The notes below the pieces were generated by a model that was given only the letters and a program-made list of their open reading frames with translations, was not told where the DNA came from and searched no databases. 64,000 bases of DNA from Octopus sinensis (taxonomy: Eukaryota): NCBI RefSeq assembly GCF_006345805.1, contig NC_042997.1:152272001-152336000 (forward strand), written 5' to 3'. Numbering within the stretch: the stretch's first letter is position 1; every line of letters begins with the position of its first letter. Both the position numbers and the translations under genes were made by a program. Positions 37,989 to 51,734 of this stretch are shown here, piece by piece.

Positions 37989-39854
37989 TCAGGCAGAGTA
38001 AAAAGTAAGCGACGTTTTGAAACATGAGATTCATCACAATATATTTCAATATTGCAGAAATTTTTGTACCATTTCAATCAGCACATTTTTGCCAACGAGT
38101 TACAAGTTTGTTTATTCCGGTAACATAAAAATCTGTAATACTGGAGCTGATGAACCGTTTGAACGTACTTTTAGCATCAGTTTGATGTTTGAACTCCCTC
38201 TCTCGTAGGAAATCATGAAGGTGTTTTAAAAAGTGTTAGTCGGTAGGAGAAAGGTCTGGGAGAATAAGCTGGGTGGGGAAGAACTTCGTAGCCAAGTTCC
38301 CTCACCTTCTGGAGCGTCATTAGTGAAACGTGTAGTCGAGCATTGTCATGAAGAATGATTGGCCCTTTTATGTTGATCAGTCTAGGACGGAGAAGTAGCA
38401 GTTTTTCGTTCATTTTGGCAATTTCGTAGCAATATGTTTCTGAAGTAATGGTTTGTCCGGCTTTTAAGTTATAGTAGATGAGTCCAGCAGTACACCACCA
38501 GACAGTCACCGTAACCTTTTTGAAGAGCTCGGGTTTAGGGAAGGTTTTCTCTGCTTCATTTTGGTCTAACCACTAATAGTCATTATTGTACAGAATCCAC
38601 TTTCCATAATAAGTTAGAATACGGTCGAGAAATGGATCGGTCTGGTTAAGGAGAAAAAGCGACGAGCAAATTTCATATCTGCGCATTTTCTGATTTTCAT
38701 TCAAATCGTGTGGTACCCATTTGTCGAGCTTTTTTTGATTTTCCGATCGCATGCAAATGGTTGCTGGCAGTTTTCTGAACAATAGCGTGCAGGACGGTTT
38801 CCACGTTCCGCCCGCATCTTGGACAGGCCGACGACCCAGGATGGCCGTGTCTGGCGAGCTTATCGCGAACGGGTAGGGCTCCTCGGTAACATTGCAAGGC
38901 CAAAGACTTTTAGAAGTTATCCAGTGTCTTCGGCCCGAATGTTCTTCGGAACAGGCTGTCTAACTGATTATCATCTAGACCCAGGGTCCTCCCCAGGGCA
39001 TCATCATTTCCAGCCTCTACCAACCTACTATAGTAAGCCGCGGTGGTACTGAAACCGCTGGCGTTGCCCGAGCTGCGAAACTGGAGAAGAGCCTTGCGGC
39101 ACTCCGTATACCTGCTACTCAACCTCGATCTTCGACGAAACCAGTTTTCTCTACCACCAAAACTAGTAAAGCTGGGGAACATCCCTCTAGTGAACGGAGA
39201 CCACACCCGTTCACCATCCCGATAGAGCCAGCGGTGCCTCAACCTCAGCGCATTTTTGCGCATCAACAGCCAAGGCATCCCTAACCCACCCTTTAACGGC
39301 TTTTGGCAGCAAATAGTATGTCTAGCCTCTCCAATTTGCTCAACCACAAATCTGGACAAGGAACGACGGTTGGTTAGGCAGTAAACGATGACCGATGCAA
39401 TAAACACATTGGCCACCTTCGCCCTCACTTTCAAGGATAATCTCCACCATGACCAGGTCTTGACTGACTATGTTGGTCACCTTGCCCGATACCTCGGACC
39501 AGTTCTTTTCTCTCTGGAGATCTGGGCCAAACCAGATTCCTAGCAACTTAACCAGGCCCTCCGGCTAACGTCCCACGACGCTATTCGAAGGCATCGACTT
39601 GCCCCTCCAGGTGCTGAGTTGCAAGCCGACCGATTTTTCCCGGTTAATCTTTGCTCTTGTCACCGTCTCGTAAACCTGAATGGCAACGGTGAAAAAAATA
39701 TCAGTGTTAATTTATTGATGCATGTGGGCAAGTCTATGCCTGTATTATCAGAGAATTACAAAAAAATGTTTAAAAAGAATTCAAAACTCTGCATAAACCC
39801 GGTACAAATTCTTCATGGTTCAAAACGTTGCTTACTTCTTTTTACTCAACCTGA
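37989..39854 (-). mobile_element. Degenerate mariner interrupted by a LINE fragment
   Basis: ~40-bp imperfect TIRs TA|TCAGG..GAGTAAAAAG; WVPHDL, ILHDNAR and PHPAYSP motifs. Confidence 0.88.
38775..39620 (-). mobile_element. L1/Tx1-like LINE ORF2 fragment (post-RT region plus zinc-binding domain)
   Basis: YLGIWFG-like MLGIWFG, KGGLGMP and CPRCG...ETVLHA motifs in frameshifted ORFs. Confidence 0.75.
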
Positions 39855-41174
39855 TATATATATATAGTCAATTTGAAGATATAATGTCCTCCTTAGGGAT
39901 TATAAAATCCAGTGATCAACTGGTGTCATCAATGATATATTGGGAGAATTCTCTCAATATATAACGGATAAACAGTCTAATATACATTTATTACTATAAG
40001 GAAACGGAGGAGACATATTGTGGATACTTATTTTATTTGTATCAATAAGAACATAGCAAATAGTTTAATACAAATAAAATTTAAATGAACATAAATTAAC
40101 GTAAAATGAGAATAAAAAGTGCCTACACTTGTTTCAGTCTGGTCACTATGTTAGCAGTGCTTCGGATCCACAGGGTTCGGATCATGTTAAGAGTTTTAGA
40201 TGTAAAAAAAAAAATAATACAATGTGACCAGATATCTTCAGGGCAGCCTCGTGCAAAAGGCTAATGCTTACACATTTTTTTCACAGGAATTCAAGTTGGG
40301 GGGGGGGGTAATAAAAACTTACTAAATAAGATTGATGAGGACCACATATTCATATGTTAAGTATCTACGTAATGTAAACATTAAGTTAGAAAAGTAAGAG
40401 AGTACGTCGAAGGAGTATTAGGGGAAGGTTTAAGCTAATCAAAACTTTCTAAAAAGTTATTAGGGATTTGAAAAAAAAAAAAAAAGACGGGTACGTGTTT
40501 TGAGGGGCATTTTGTAATCATTTGCGAAAATATATAGGCGGTTAGGGGTTGTGAGGGACATTATGTAATTAGGGTAAGATACTGTGAAGACGTTAAGCAA
40601 ATAGATTTAATTAAAGGGAAGAAAATGGAGCGATAAGAAAAAATAGAAAAATAAGAATATAGAGGGAAATAGATTTGCTATGGGGAAGAATAACGAAATG
40701 AAAATTTTAGTTCATTGAAAGAAGCGAGAAAAAGCCCTAAGTGATTAGGGATATACAATGTAAAGTATATGTGTAGATTTTAATATTTTAAGGTTATACC
40801 TAAGAAGGATTAGACTATATTGTATACTTAGGTAATTCTAAAGTAGGAATTTAATTGAGGTTCACTGGTAAAGAGGCTTGTATCTTCACAGGTTAAGATC
40901 AATTAATAGCGGAGGGTATATATGTAAAATAAAATTTAAAGATACAGCTCTTTCGTTAGATTATAAAGAAAAATTTTCGTTACTTATTATTGTTATTAGT
41001 ATTATGTAGCATTTCAATGCACTATCAGATACATTCAATTATACGGAAAAACTATTTGATAAAAAAAAAAATTATGCGCTTTTTATGTCAGACACACTCG
41101 AGCGTCACTTGGCACATCTCTACTACATTGCGCAGCAGAGTCAAAAGTATTTACTCACAATCAACTTTTATTTC

Positions 41175-41567
41175 GTCTTACAAGTGTCCAATGTGGCCAC
41201 CACTGGCAACATATATGCGATAAGAGAATTCCTCCCAGACGCGTATCAGCATATCACGATCCACTGAGTATCCAATGAGTACTTCTTTGGCTGTCTGGGT
41301 GAATGATTTACCGAAGTTTTTCTATTTCCCTTCTATGTCAATATCTTCTGGAATATCATCAAGCAAAGCAAATTTATTCTTTAGTTCTATGATGAACTTG
41401 CTTTTGATATGCTGATACGCGTCTGGGAGGGATTCTCTTATCGCATTGATGTTGCCCGTTGCTGCAGGTTGGGCCACATTGAACTCTTGTAAACTGGAGT
41501 TTTCTGTTACTTTTCCTTATTAAAATATTGCGTAATGAAATCGGTTCATTCTTTTTGAATAACCCAG
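41175..41567. mobile_element. Two inverted copies of a Tc1/mariner transposase 3' end
   Basis: DMLIRVWEGFSYRIDVARCCRLGHIELL* on plus (~41405-41491), mirrored on minus at ~41175-41275. Confidence 0.6.
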
Positions 41568-42796
41568 TGTGTGTATGTATGTATGTATGTATGTATGTAT
41601 GTATGTATGAAAGCACGTAATTCAGTGGTTAGAGTGTCGGGCTCACAATCCTGAAGTAGTGAGTTCGATTCCTGGATCGGGCTGTGTGTTGTGTTCTTGA
41701 GCAAGACACTTTATTTCACGTTGCTCCAATTCACTCAGCTGGAGAAATGAGTTGTGACGTCACTGGTGCCAAGTTGTATTGGCCTTTGTCTTTCCTTTGG
41801 ATAACATCGGTGGCGTGGAGAGGAGAGGCTGGTATGCATGAGCGACTGCTGATCTTCCATAAACAACCTTGACCAGACTTGTGCCTCGGAGGGAAACTTT
41901 CCAGGTGTAATCCCATGGTCATTCATGACCGAAGGGGGTCTTTACCCTTATATATTTAGTGGAAACCTTTCTGTCAGCTTTGTCAGTTTCACTAATCATT
42001 TTTAAGTTGTATAAATTCAAGTACTTCTTAAACTTTTCGAATCAGCCTTTACTAGCGAGTACATGCGTCGCTAAGGGGTCGCACTGGACGGCACTGCCTC
42101 CTCACTATTCATTAGTGCAACCTCGGATGTACAGAAATACACTTATTTTGAAGTTCCAGTTTAGTATTATTTCAAATTAGTGCCCACCCAGAATTTTCTG
42201 AAGCACCCCCAGGTACCGAAGTCTGGCGACGGACCTGCTTGAGAGAGAAGAATTTTCATTAGAGGTTTCTCTTTCATTTTTATGCAAATCGAAAAATAAG
42301 CGTTTAGAGATTTGTTTCTATTGTCATCGTGCTTTTCGACCCATTACGTCTAGTTTGATTCACGATCCATAAACATGCGTGGCACATTGAGCAATTGTCT
42401 TCTACTATAGCCTCGGGCCGACCAAAGCTTTGTAAGTGGATTTGGTAGACGGGAATTGAAAGAAGCATGTCGTATATATTTATATGTGTGTGTGTCTTTG
42501 TATCTGTATTTGCCCCCCTCTTATTACCGTTAGACAACCGGTTCGGCAAAAGAGACCGATAGAATAAGTACCAGGCTTTAAAAAAATAAGTCCTTGGGCC
42601 GATTTTTTTCGACTAAAAGGTGGTGCTCCAGTATGACTGCAGTCATATGACTGAAACAAGTAAAAGAATAAAAGCTGTCTTATTTGACGTATCTAAGAAA
42701 ACCTAAGATCCGAGAATTATAAAATAAAACCTAATATCCAAACAGTTAAGAGGGGAACTTTTTGAACACTTGATTTAATTTTTCCATCTGTTATAA

Positions 42797-43028
42797 GGCA
42801 GCGAGCTGGCAGAATCGTTAGCACGCCGGGCGAAATGCTTAGCAGTATTTCGTCTGTCGCTACGTTCTGAGTTCAAATTCCGCCGAGGTCGACTTTGCCT
42901 TTCATCCTTTCGGGGTCGATAAATTAACTACCAGTTACGCACTGTGGTCGATGTAATCGACTTAATCCCTTTGTCTGTCCTTGTTTGTCCTCTCTATGTT
43001 TAGCTCCTTGTGGGCAATAAAGAAATAA
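42797..43028 (+). mobile_element. Full-length copy of the abundant SINE; a second partial copy follows at 43031-43175
   Basis: Complete head, body and ...GGGCAATAAAGAAATAA tail. Other copies at ~26803-27018(-), ~27890-28045(-), ~28135-28250(+), ~28370-28530(-), ~43590-43735(+), ~53691-53977(-), ~57750-57935(-), ~60672-60897(-) and ~62368-62578(+). Confidence 0.88.
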
Positions 43029-43939
43029 GAAACGTTAGCACGCCGGGCGAAGTGCTTAAAGTTATTTCGTCTGCCTTTACGTTCTGAGTTCAAATTCCGC
43101 CGAGGTCAACTTTACCTTTCGGGGTTGATAAATTAAGTACCAGTTGTGTACTGGGGTCGATCTAATCAACTGGCCCCCTCCGCCCAAAATTTCGGACCTT
43201 GTGCCTAGAGTCCTAGAGTAGAAAAGAATTTTCCATCTATTATCCCGTATTGTTCTCACTCTAGACAAGTGTTTCTCAACAATTTTTTTTACTTATAGAT
43301 CATTTTGATTCCAATCGCGATTCAAAGTTAAGGGTTTCTCTTTGTATCCCACTTTACTCAGGTAGATCCGCACAGTCATTCATGCTTTAAAAAATCCAGT
43401 TATATTTTTATAATTAAATATTATTAGGAATTGTATTAAAAGATTGTTAAAATATTTTGCTTATTGTAGAAGTACAACCAGTTTCTTGCAGATAAATTTT
43501 AACTACTAAATCTTATATGGAACTCTAAGGGCCATAGGGACCCCAGTTGAAAGCCACTGCTCTAGACGTTGCAAGCGTTAATATTTTGGCAGTCGACTTA
43601 GCCTTTCATCCTTTCGGGGTCGATTAAATAAGTACCAGTTACGCACTGGGGTCGCTGTAATCGACTTAATCCCTTTGTCTGTTCTTGTTTGTCCCCTCTA
43701 CGTTTAGCCCCTTGTGGGCAATGAAGAAATAAAATATGTTGGCAATAAGAGCGAAGTTACAGACTGTATCCCAAAATTAGTAGTCTTACTTTACAAATTC
43801 TGTAAATTCGAAATCCTGTAACCCGAGGTAAACCGTAACACGCGGTATGCCTGCTGATACATACATACATATATACATACATCATAAATATCATATGTAT
43901 TACATGTATACATATCACGCGCTCTGTTTCTTTTCCTTT

Positions 43940-43944
<5 letters not shown>

Positions 43945-44014
<70 letters not shown>
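43945..44014. repeat. (CT)n microsatellite
   Basis: Pure run. Confidence 0.95.
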
Positions 44015-44021
<7 letters not shown>

Positions 44022-44402
44022 GTCACTCACTCACTCACTCACACGCACACAGAGTAGGAAGGAAGACACATGAAAATGTATATGCTTCTATGACAGAGTA
44101 TGCGATTTCACGAAATTCTATTTCTGAACCTCCAAACTTTTTCTTTGTTTTCCTCTGTACCCAGTCTTCCTGAGTATTTGCTAGCTTACAGGTTCTGACA
44201 AGCAAGCAGTTATGTGTCAAGGTGTGGTGATGGTTAGCAGGTAAATAGAATGTGTCTTTCGAGTAACAGAAATGTATTTATATAACTGAATGTATAAATA
44301 AATAATGTACGTATATTCTATATATACGGTTCACATTCTTGTGCAAGAAGGTAATGGTCTACATACTTTAACGCCATTGGGTCACTGTGTTGCACGTTAC
44401 AC

Positions 44403-44858
44403 TACATACATACATACATACATACATACATACATACATACAAACGTACATCACACACACACCAGAAGCAGATACATACATGCATACATACACACATCAC
44501 ACACACCATACATACATACATGCATCACACACACCACTCACAGATACATACATACATGCATACATACATATATACATACATATATGCATACATACATACA
44601 TACATACATACATACATACATACATACATACATACATACATACATCACACACACCACGCATACATACATACATACATCACACACACCACGCACACATACA
44701 TCACACACACACCAAGCGCATATACATACATACATACATACATACATACATACATACATACATACATACATACATACATACATGCATACATACATACATA
44801 CATCTCACACACCACACATACACACACACCACACGCAGGTACATACACACACATACAT

Positions 44859-44910
<52 letters not shown>
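44403..44910. repeat. (CATA)n/(CA)n compound microsatellite
   Basis: Explains the H/T/Y/I and V/C/M/Y pseudo-ORFs. Confidence 0.95.
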
Positions 44911-44916
<6 letters not shown>

Positions 44917-45818
44917 GGATACTCGTGGAACATCCCAATAAAACATCAATTTGATGCAGGCATTACAAATCTGATATCGTTCTATGGGGCAGGAAACAAA
45001 AATGGTACACTGTTGTAGCGGTCAGCTGCCCAGCGGATTGTATGTTCAGTCAAATGTAAAAAAAAAGAAAAAAAATGAACGTTTATGGCGCATTAAAGCG
45101 AAACTTACAGCTCTTGTATCCTAACTATGGATTCTTATTTGTACTTATCATCATACGTGCATTTGGTTATGTACCAAAAACTTTGCGCAAAAGCCTAGAA
45201 ATACTCGGCTTCACGGAAAAATTAAGTTGGCGTGTGTGAAAGTAAAGCCTTACGCAGGGACATGACATTTGACAGGCACAGGGAGGAATATAGATGTTGC
45301 ACGGATGGTAGTCGAACCAAGAAAGGTCAGGCTTGGCCCAACACCGGCCACGTGGAAAGAGAAGAGAGAGAGGCAGAGGGATAGAAGAATTAAGGAGGAG
45401 CGAGAAAAAAAATTAAAGACACATTCCTCCCTGTGCCTGTCAGATCTTATGCCCCTGCCGTAAGGCTTTGCTTCCATACACGCTAGCTTAATTTAATCTG
45501 TCCTTAGTCGAAAGACACCTGTTGTTATGTCCTGTTATTTGCATTTGTATTTGTGTAACATTTCTCCGTTTTTTTCCCTATCCTTGTTTTCGTATACATT
45601 CGCTGCTTTCTTCCAAGGAATCTTATGCTCTTAGCTTAGTTTTTCCTTGGGGCTGGCCAGATTGGAGCAATCTCGAGTATAACCAGCCGAAATTGCAAAG
45701 ATAATCTGGAACTCAACTGAGGAAAGCAAACTCTGAATGACTCGTCTTTGTTTCCTTGTATCGTCTGTCTGTATGTTTTGCGTTCTTGTCCCATTTTTGT
45801 ATCATATATGTATGTGTA

Positions 45819-45824
<6 letters not shown>

Positions 45825-45854
<30 letters not shown>

Positions 45855-45980
45855 TGTATGTATGTATGTATGTATGTATGTATGTATGTATGTGTGTATG
45901 TATATATGTATGTATGTATGTATGTACGTACGTACGTACGTATGTATGTATGTATGTATGTATGTATGTATGTATGTATG
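45825..45980. repeat. (TATG)n microsatellite
   Basis: Direct reading. Confidence 0.95.
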
Positions 45981-46932
45981 TACAGGTGCGTGTGTGTGTA
46001 TTTATTGTACCTCTGTGTCTATGCTTAAATGTCTATGTATATATGGGTGTACATGTCAGTGTTCGTATATGCATATACATGTGTGTATCCGTTTGGGTCA
46101 ACACACCCTAAATTCCTGTTTAGTCTGAGTATGAAAATGTCAAGCGACACGCACGGATGAACGCCACTTGTCAAAAGACACATGCCTAAGTTCTCGGATG
46201 AGCAACCCAATAGTATATGATTCATCTTTTATCTCTTAAAAATTTCGATGATCTTTTTGTTCTTCGTTCCTTTTGTCTTTCCTCCTTTATTCCAGCAACT
46301 GTTGTGATCGTCATATGTACGTACATAGTCACACATAACTTAGGTAAATTAGATATGTTTGGACCAAAGATTGGTCAAGGCCATGTCTAACTTAATATCA
46401 CCACCTGATAGGATTAGCTGTGTGACTATATATAGATACTATATATAGATACATATAGATACATACATACTGTATGTGTGTGCGTAATTGTCTGTCCGAG
46501 TACTCTTATGTGCAGGTGTAGGTATGTGTGTGTGTGGTAGTAATGATTTAGTGGTTAAGGTATTGGACTCAAGATCGAAAGGTTGTGGTTTCGATTCTTG
46601 GACCGGCCGACGCATTGTGTTCTTGAGCAAAACACTTCATTTCACGTTTGCTCCAGCCATTCAGGTGGCAAAAATGAGTAATCCCGCGATTACTCCAGGT
46701 GGGGAATATATACGCCACAGAATGCAGAAACCCATTTTATGAGCCTATGACTTGGGAAGAACCTTTGATACTTTTTTTTATATGTATGATATGTATAATA
46801 CATACATACATATATGTATTTTGTGTGTATATATGTATGTTTATAAGTTGTTTATAAATTTAACCTTTAAAGGTATTTTTTAATATGCTGGCCATTGATA
46901 AAATTTATTTCGAAAAATTTTATCCTATATTC

Positions 46933-47005
<73 letters not shown>

Positions 47006-47472
47006 TATAATTAAAACACAATTTTAAACCAAAAAGGAAATAATACACCGTTACTAAAAGTAACCAAGTGTGCAGGGAGCACTGGCATTGCCAGAAATAA
47101 CAGTGAAAGACTCTATAGTCACAAACAAAATACATGTTCTATGTACTGACAAGGGAGGGAACCTCTCCACTGCAAGCGAGGGCATTCGATTGGCATGCTA
47201 ATTTCGCATGAAATTAATGCTTACTCCAATGGTGGTAAAGTTGAAATTACATTTGTCAGTCTCTATAGAATTTTCCATAGGAATCAATGGCTGAATCAGC
47301 AAAATGGTAATGTGAAAATTATAAAATAATTAAGGTGGCTAGACGCGATATAAAACGAAAAAGGAAATAATTCACTATCACTAAAAGTAACCAAGGATGC
47401 AGGGAGCACCAGTATTGCTAGAAATAAGAGTCAAAGACCCTTTAGCCACAAACAAAGCACATGTTCTATGTA

Positions 47473-48704
47473 CAGTGATATCTCACTACTTCGCGGTTCA
47501 ACTATCGCGGATTCAAAGAGGAAGTAAAAGCCTCTGGCATTAAATCATACAAGGATCGTGTGACCCACGTGATGTGTGGCAATGCTGCGGGATTTTTGTT
47601 AAAGCCAGGACTTATTTACAAGTCTAAAAACCCAAGGGCTTAAAAAAACACACAAGAATCTGCTACATTGGATGCACAGTCCAAAGGCGTGGATAACGAA
47701 GATGCTGGCCTTCGACTGGTTCCACCAGTGTTTTATCCTGCAAGTCAAGGTGTATCTATTAGAGAAGTGCTTGCCATTCGAAATTCTTCTCCTTATGGAT
47801 AACGCTGGTGTCCATGCTACTGATCTATCGCATGAGGGCATTCAGATTGAGTTTCTGCCGCCCAACTCTACGTCACTTATTCAACCAATGGACCAGGGTG
47901 TTATCAGAGCATTCAAGGCCCTATACACAAGGAATGTCCTGGCGAACCTGGGTGCTTCTGTAGATGCCGCCCAAGAAGACGAAGACGAAAATTTTAACTC
48001 GGAGGCATACTGGCAGCAGTACACAATTGCCACGTGCCCCCAAAATATTCAGAAGGCATTGCAAGAGATGAAAGCTGCCACCATTAACACGAGCTGGGGT
48101 TATTTTCGACGACAATGGATTTACACCTGCCGAAATCCAACCTGGCTAAAGAATTGAAAGAGGGGTCACAGGAATGGGACGACGATATGGTTCGTTCTGT
48201 GCAATTTTGCAACAAGGTCAATGAAGTCATGAATCCCTACAAGATGCTCTTTGAACGGAAAAAGAAGCAGCGGCAGCAACTTCCTATCACAATGTTTTTG
48301 CAGCCTCGCAAAAAAGAGCCAGTTCCTGCTGCTACTACTACGGTTGCACCTTCGGAAGAAGTGGAAGAGGTGTCCCAGGCAAGGGCACCGCTGTCATTTC
48401 ATCATCATCATTTCTACTGCGCAGCAAATTCATCACTATCATCATTCAAATTTTACTTCAACTTCTTTCGTGTTTAGTACAGTAACAATCTTTATTTTTA
48501 AATCTAAAGTGTTATTGCTTAACAATTGTCCTTGTTTATTAATAGACTACTGTAATGGGTGGGTTGTTAACAGTACAGGGAGGGTTTTGAAAGTCCAAAT
48601 ACACGTTAAATAAATACTGTAAATATGGTGTCCCTACTTCGCGGAAATTCAGTTATCGCGGCCGGTCTCGGAACCAATCTGCCGCGATAAACGAGGGATC
48701 ACTG
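47473..48704 (+). mobile_element. Internally deleted pogo/Tigger-type DNA transposon
   Basis: TA|CAGTGAT...CGCGG and CCGCGATAAACGAGGGATCACTG|TA termini; DDE_1-type ORF ILLLMDNAGVH...FLPPNSTSLIQPMDQGVIRAFK. Confidence 0.92.
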
Positions 48705-49489
48705 TACTGACAAGTGTATTTATATGTGTGTGTATATATATATATATATATAAACAACTGTTTGCAACGTTAGACCGTAAAAGAAAATTATAGCTGTCAG
48801 CTAAACTTGATTAAGGGTGTGAATAACACCTACATTGCTAGAAATAGGAGAGCCATCTTCCGTAATGCCAGCTCATTCGGTTGATTCCAGTTAAGAGGGG
48901 AACTTTTTGAACACTTGATTTAATTTTTCCATCTGTTATAAGGCAGCGAGCTGGCAGAATCGTTAGCACGCCGGTTAAAAATCTCTGGACGATTTAGCAG
49001 ATCACTAATGTGTATACAAAAAATTAATACAAACCGCTATTTGCAACGTAATACCGTGAAAGAAAATTATAGTCGTCAACTAAACTTGACTAAGGGTGTG
49101 AATAAAAGTCTACCTTGCTAGAAATAAGAGCTAAAATGCTCCAATGGTGTTACAAATCACGTAACATATATATACTCTGATAGGAGCTGCAATCGCCCCG
49201 AAAACCGAACCGAGAATTCCTATAGTTCTTCGAACTATCAACACTATTTATTCTCGTTCAAGAAAGATATTGAATAATCCTCCAGTTCAGTGTAAAGTTG
49301 CTCTTTCTTCTAATTCGACGGAAAAACAAGCATTTATACACACACATACGTGCGCGCACACACACACACATATAGTGTTTGAGGTTTCCTATCTGTTTAA
49401 AAGAAGCAACTTTTACATTCTCATTTATTAACGTGCTGTCAACTATGAAAGTTAAAAAGGCTTCAGAGATTTATTTGGTCATTGACACG

Positions 49490-49620
49490 TTAGAAATGCA
49501 AACGGAGCCAATGAACTGAGATGCCGAGGAATTGGGTTACAAATGTCGTTTAGAACTCTTTGACACTCAACAGTTCGTTATGCCGTTAAGAAACGAACGG
49601 AAATGACGGCAACTGCTTTT
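49490..49620. promoter_or_regulatory. Possible housekeeping-type promoter (CCAAT box plus ETS-CRE-like composite)
   Basis: AGCCAATGA at 49506-49514; CGGAAATGACG at 49598-49608; local CpG enrichment. Direction and target gene unknown. Confidence 0.35.
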
Positions 49621-51734
49621 TTCGTACTTTAAATAACTAAAATGAATCTTTCAAGACGTTTCGATACGCGATTTCAAATATCACATCATTTCCAGACAAG
49701 TACTCATCCCTCTTCTCTCCCAATTTCTATGCGTTTGTCTGTCTGTCTGTCTCTGTGTGTATATATACCTACGTATGTTGTTATTTTTTGTTGTTTGTAT
49801 TCGTAATTGTGTACCATGTTCTCCGTTTTTTTTGTTTATTTGTCTTTGTTGCCGTACACATTCGCTAGCTTTCTTACAAAGGGGTCTAATGCTCTTAGCT
49901 TAGTCTGTTTTGGGGGCAACCAGATCGAACCATCTCAAGTGTAACTGCCCAAAATGGTCGTGACTGTGCTAAGGAAGTCTCTTAGCACAGGACCACGCTT
50001 GTGCAGATTTTATCTTATGTTCCATCTTTCTATCACCCATTCCGTATGCAAATGTTTCTCAAGTCTTGGAGGATCCTCGGAAGGAAGTGTTAAGTATTAG
50101 TTTCTGGGTGTGAAGAAATCTACCCCTGGGTATGGTGCCAATATATCCTATTAATGCCATGAATCATCTCTAATCGACTTAAACCCACAAAACTTGAGTT
50201 CAGCAGAAGCCCTTGGGGCACAGAGGACGTGTTACAACCCCATCTACAATCAGTTCTCAATCACCAGCCCTTAAAAGCTCCTTGGGACACAGGACATTTC
50301 CCTGTACGTTTCGTAATTAAAAGAATGTAATACAATTCACTTTTTTAATACCTTTGTCAGAGCTTCCAAGACTTGTAGCGAGGAAGGAGGAAGATATACT
50401 TAACTAGACACCTGACTCAAATACTTGCTTGAAGTTGGAGGGGGGATCCCTCTGCTAAAGTTGTTAGGTCGTGGGTGGAAGTGGTGGTTTTAAACCGTGT
50501 GGTGGAGTAAGTTTCCTCCAACTCAAGTAGACGAAAGCGAAATTTGAACTCAGAATGGAAAGAGCTGGAAAAAATATTGAAAGGTACCCCGTTCGACACA
50601 AACGATTGCTCCATTCCACTGCTAACAACTGGCACTTTATTTTATTGAACCCCTAGCTAACCATGGAGAGATCTGAAATCAGAACGCAGGAAACCATAGA
50701 CACCTCAAGACATTTCATCCAATGCTGTAACGACTCTGCCAATTTGCTGCCCGTTGATCATACCCCAACTATTTGTAGATTTGTGTCTCTGTGCAAATCC
50801 TCTCTCGAAAGATCAAAGCAAGTTAAAGAGTTACTTGTCCTGCTTAAACGAAATCATACTCCATGTATTATAAAAGAAACTCTACATTTATGAAACTAGT
50901 GACTCACAGCACCCAACTTGGCGTCCGTTCAACGGAGAGTGAGTTTTGTAATATCAGTTGCATAAGTGTTACAAAAACAGAAAAAGAAGATCGTGTCTGT
51001 TGGGCATGTAGGCTTCTGACAGACTTTAACTTGCAGAAAAAAGTTAGTAAATGATCCCAAATCCCGTGAGATGCTTGAGAATCGGTATTAAGCCTTGGTT
51101 TCTCGAATAAATATTCCGCTGCGTATAGTTTCTCTCTGTTGTGGATAACAAGTATGATTTCTAACTGTTTGGTGCCTTGATCCAATGTAGAATTTATGAA
51201 TGTACTACCCAAATATGCAGGCTATGAATGTACTACCCAAATACATAAGTGTGGATTTGTACCATTTCTCTTCTACCGATAGCCCAGTCTATTTAGTTGT
51301 AGATAGGTACAATTGTTAAACAGAGCCTATACTACAAATGACAAATATTTTGTTACGTTGCATTGCTTTGCTTTCATCATTCGAGATATAAAATCATTGC
51401 AGTATATGCTACATTTAACTACTCTAATAAGTGCTGTTCAGACATGGTCTTAACCGTGATGTGATGGTTGCCACAAAGAACTGATGATCTTACAATACAA
51501 TCATTGTTGTTTAGCCCCACTCGCAGGTCATTCCTGATGAATCAGACCGACATTTAGAGCTATTTCAGCTTTGACCGTCTTGCATTCTGTCAATGAGACA
51601 GAACCCATGATCACATCACGTTAGGCAACATGTCCTTTTACAAGAGTGTACAGCAATACCTCGATTATTGCAAGTGTTACATCCCCCCCTTATCCCCGTG
51701 ATAGGTGAAAATCCGCGATATAGAAACAGTACTG

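Noticed and set aside
39900-41000. AT-rich strand-biased tract suggesting a mitochondrial insertion
   Set aside because: No mitochondrial gene recognised; a faint IFAND motif on minus points instead to a decayed LINE RT.
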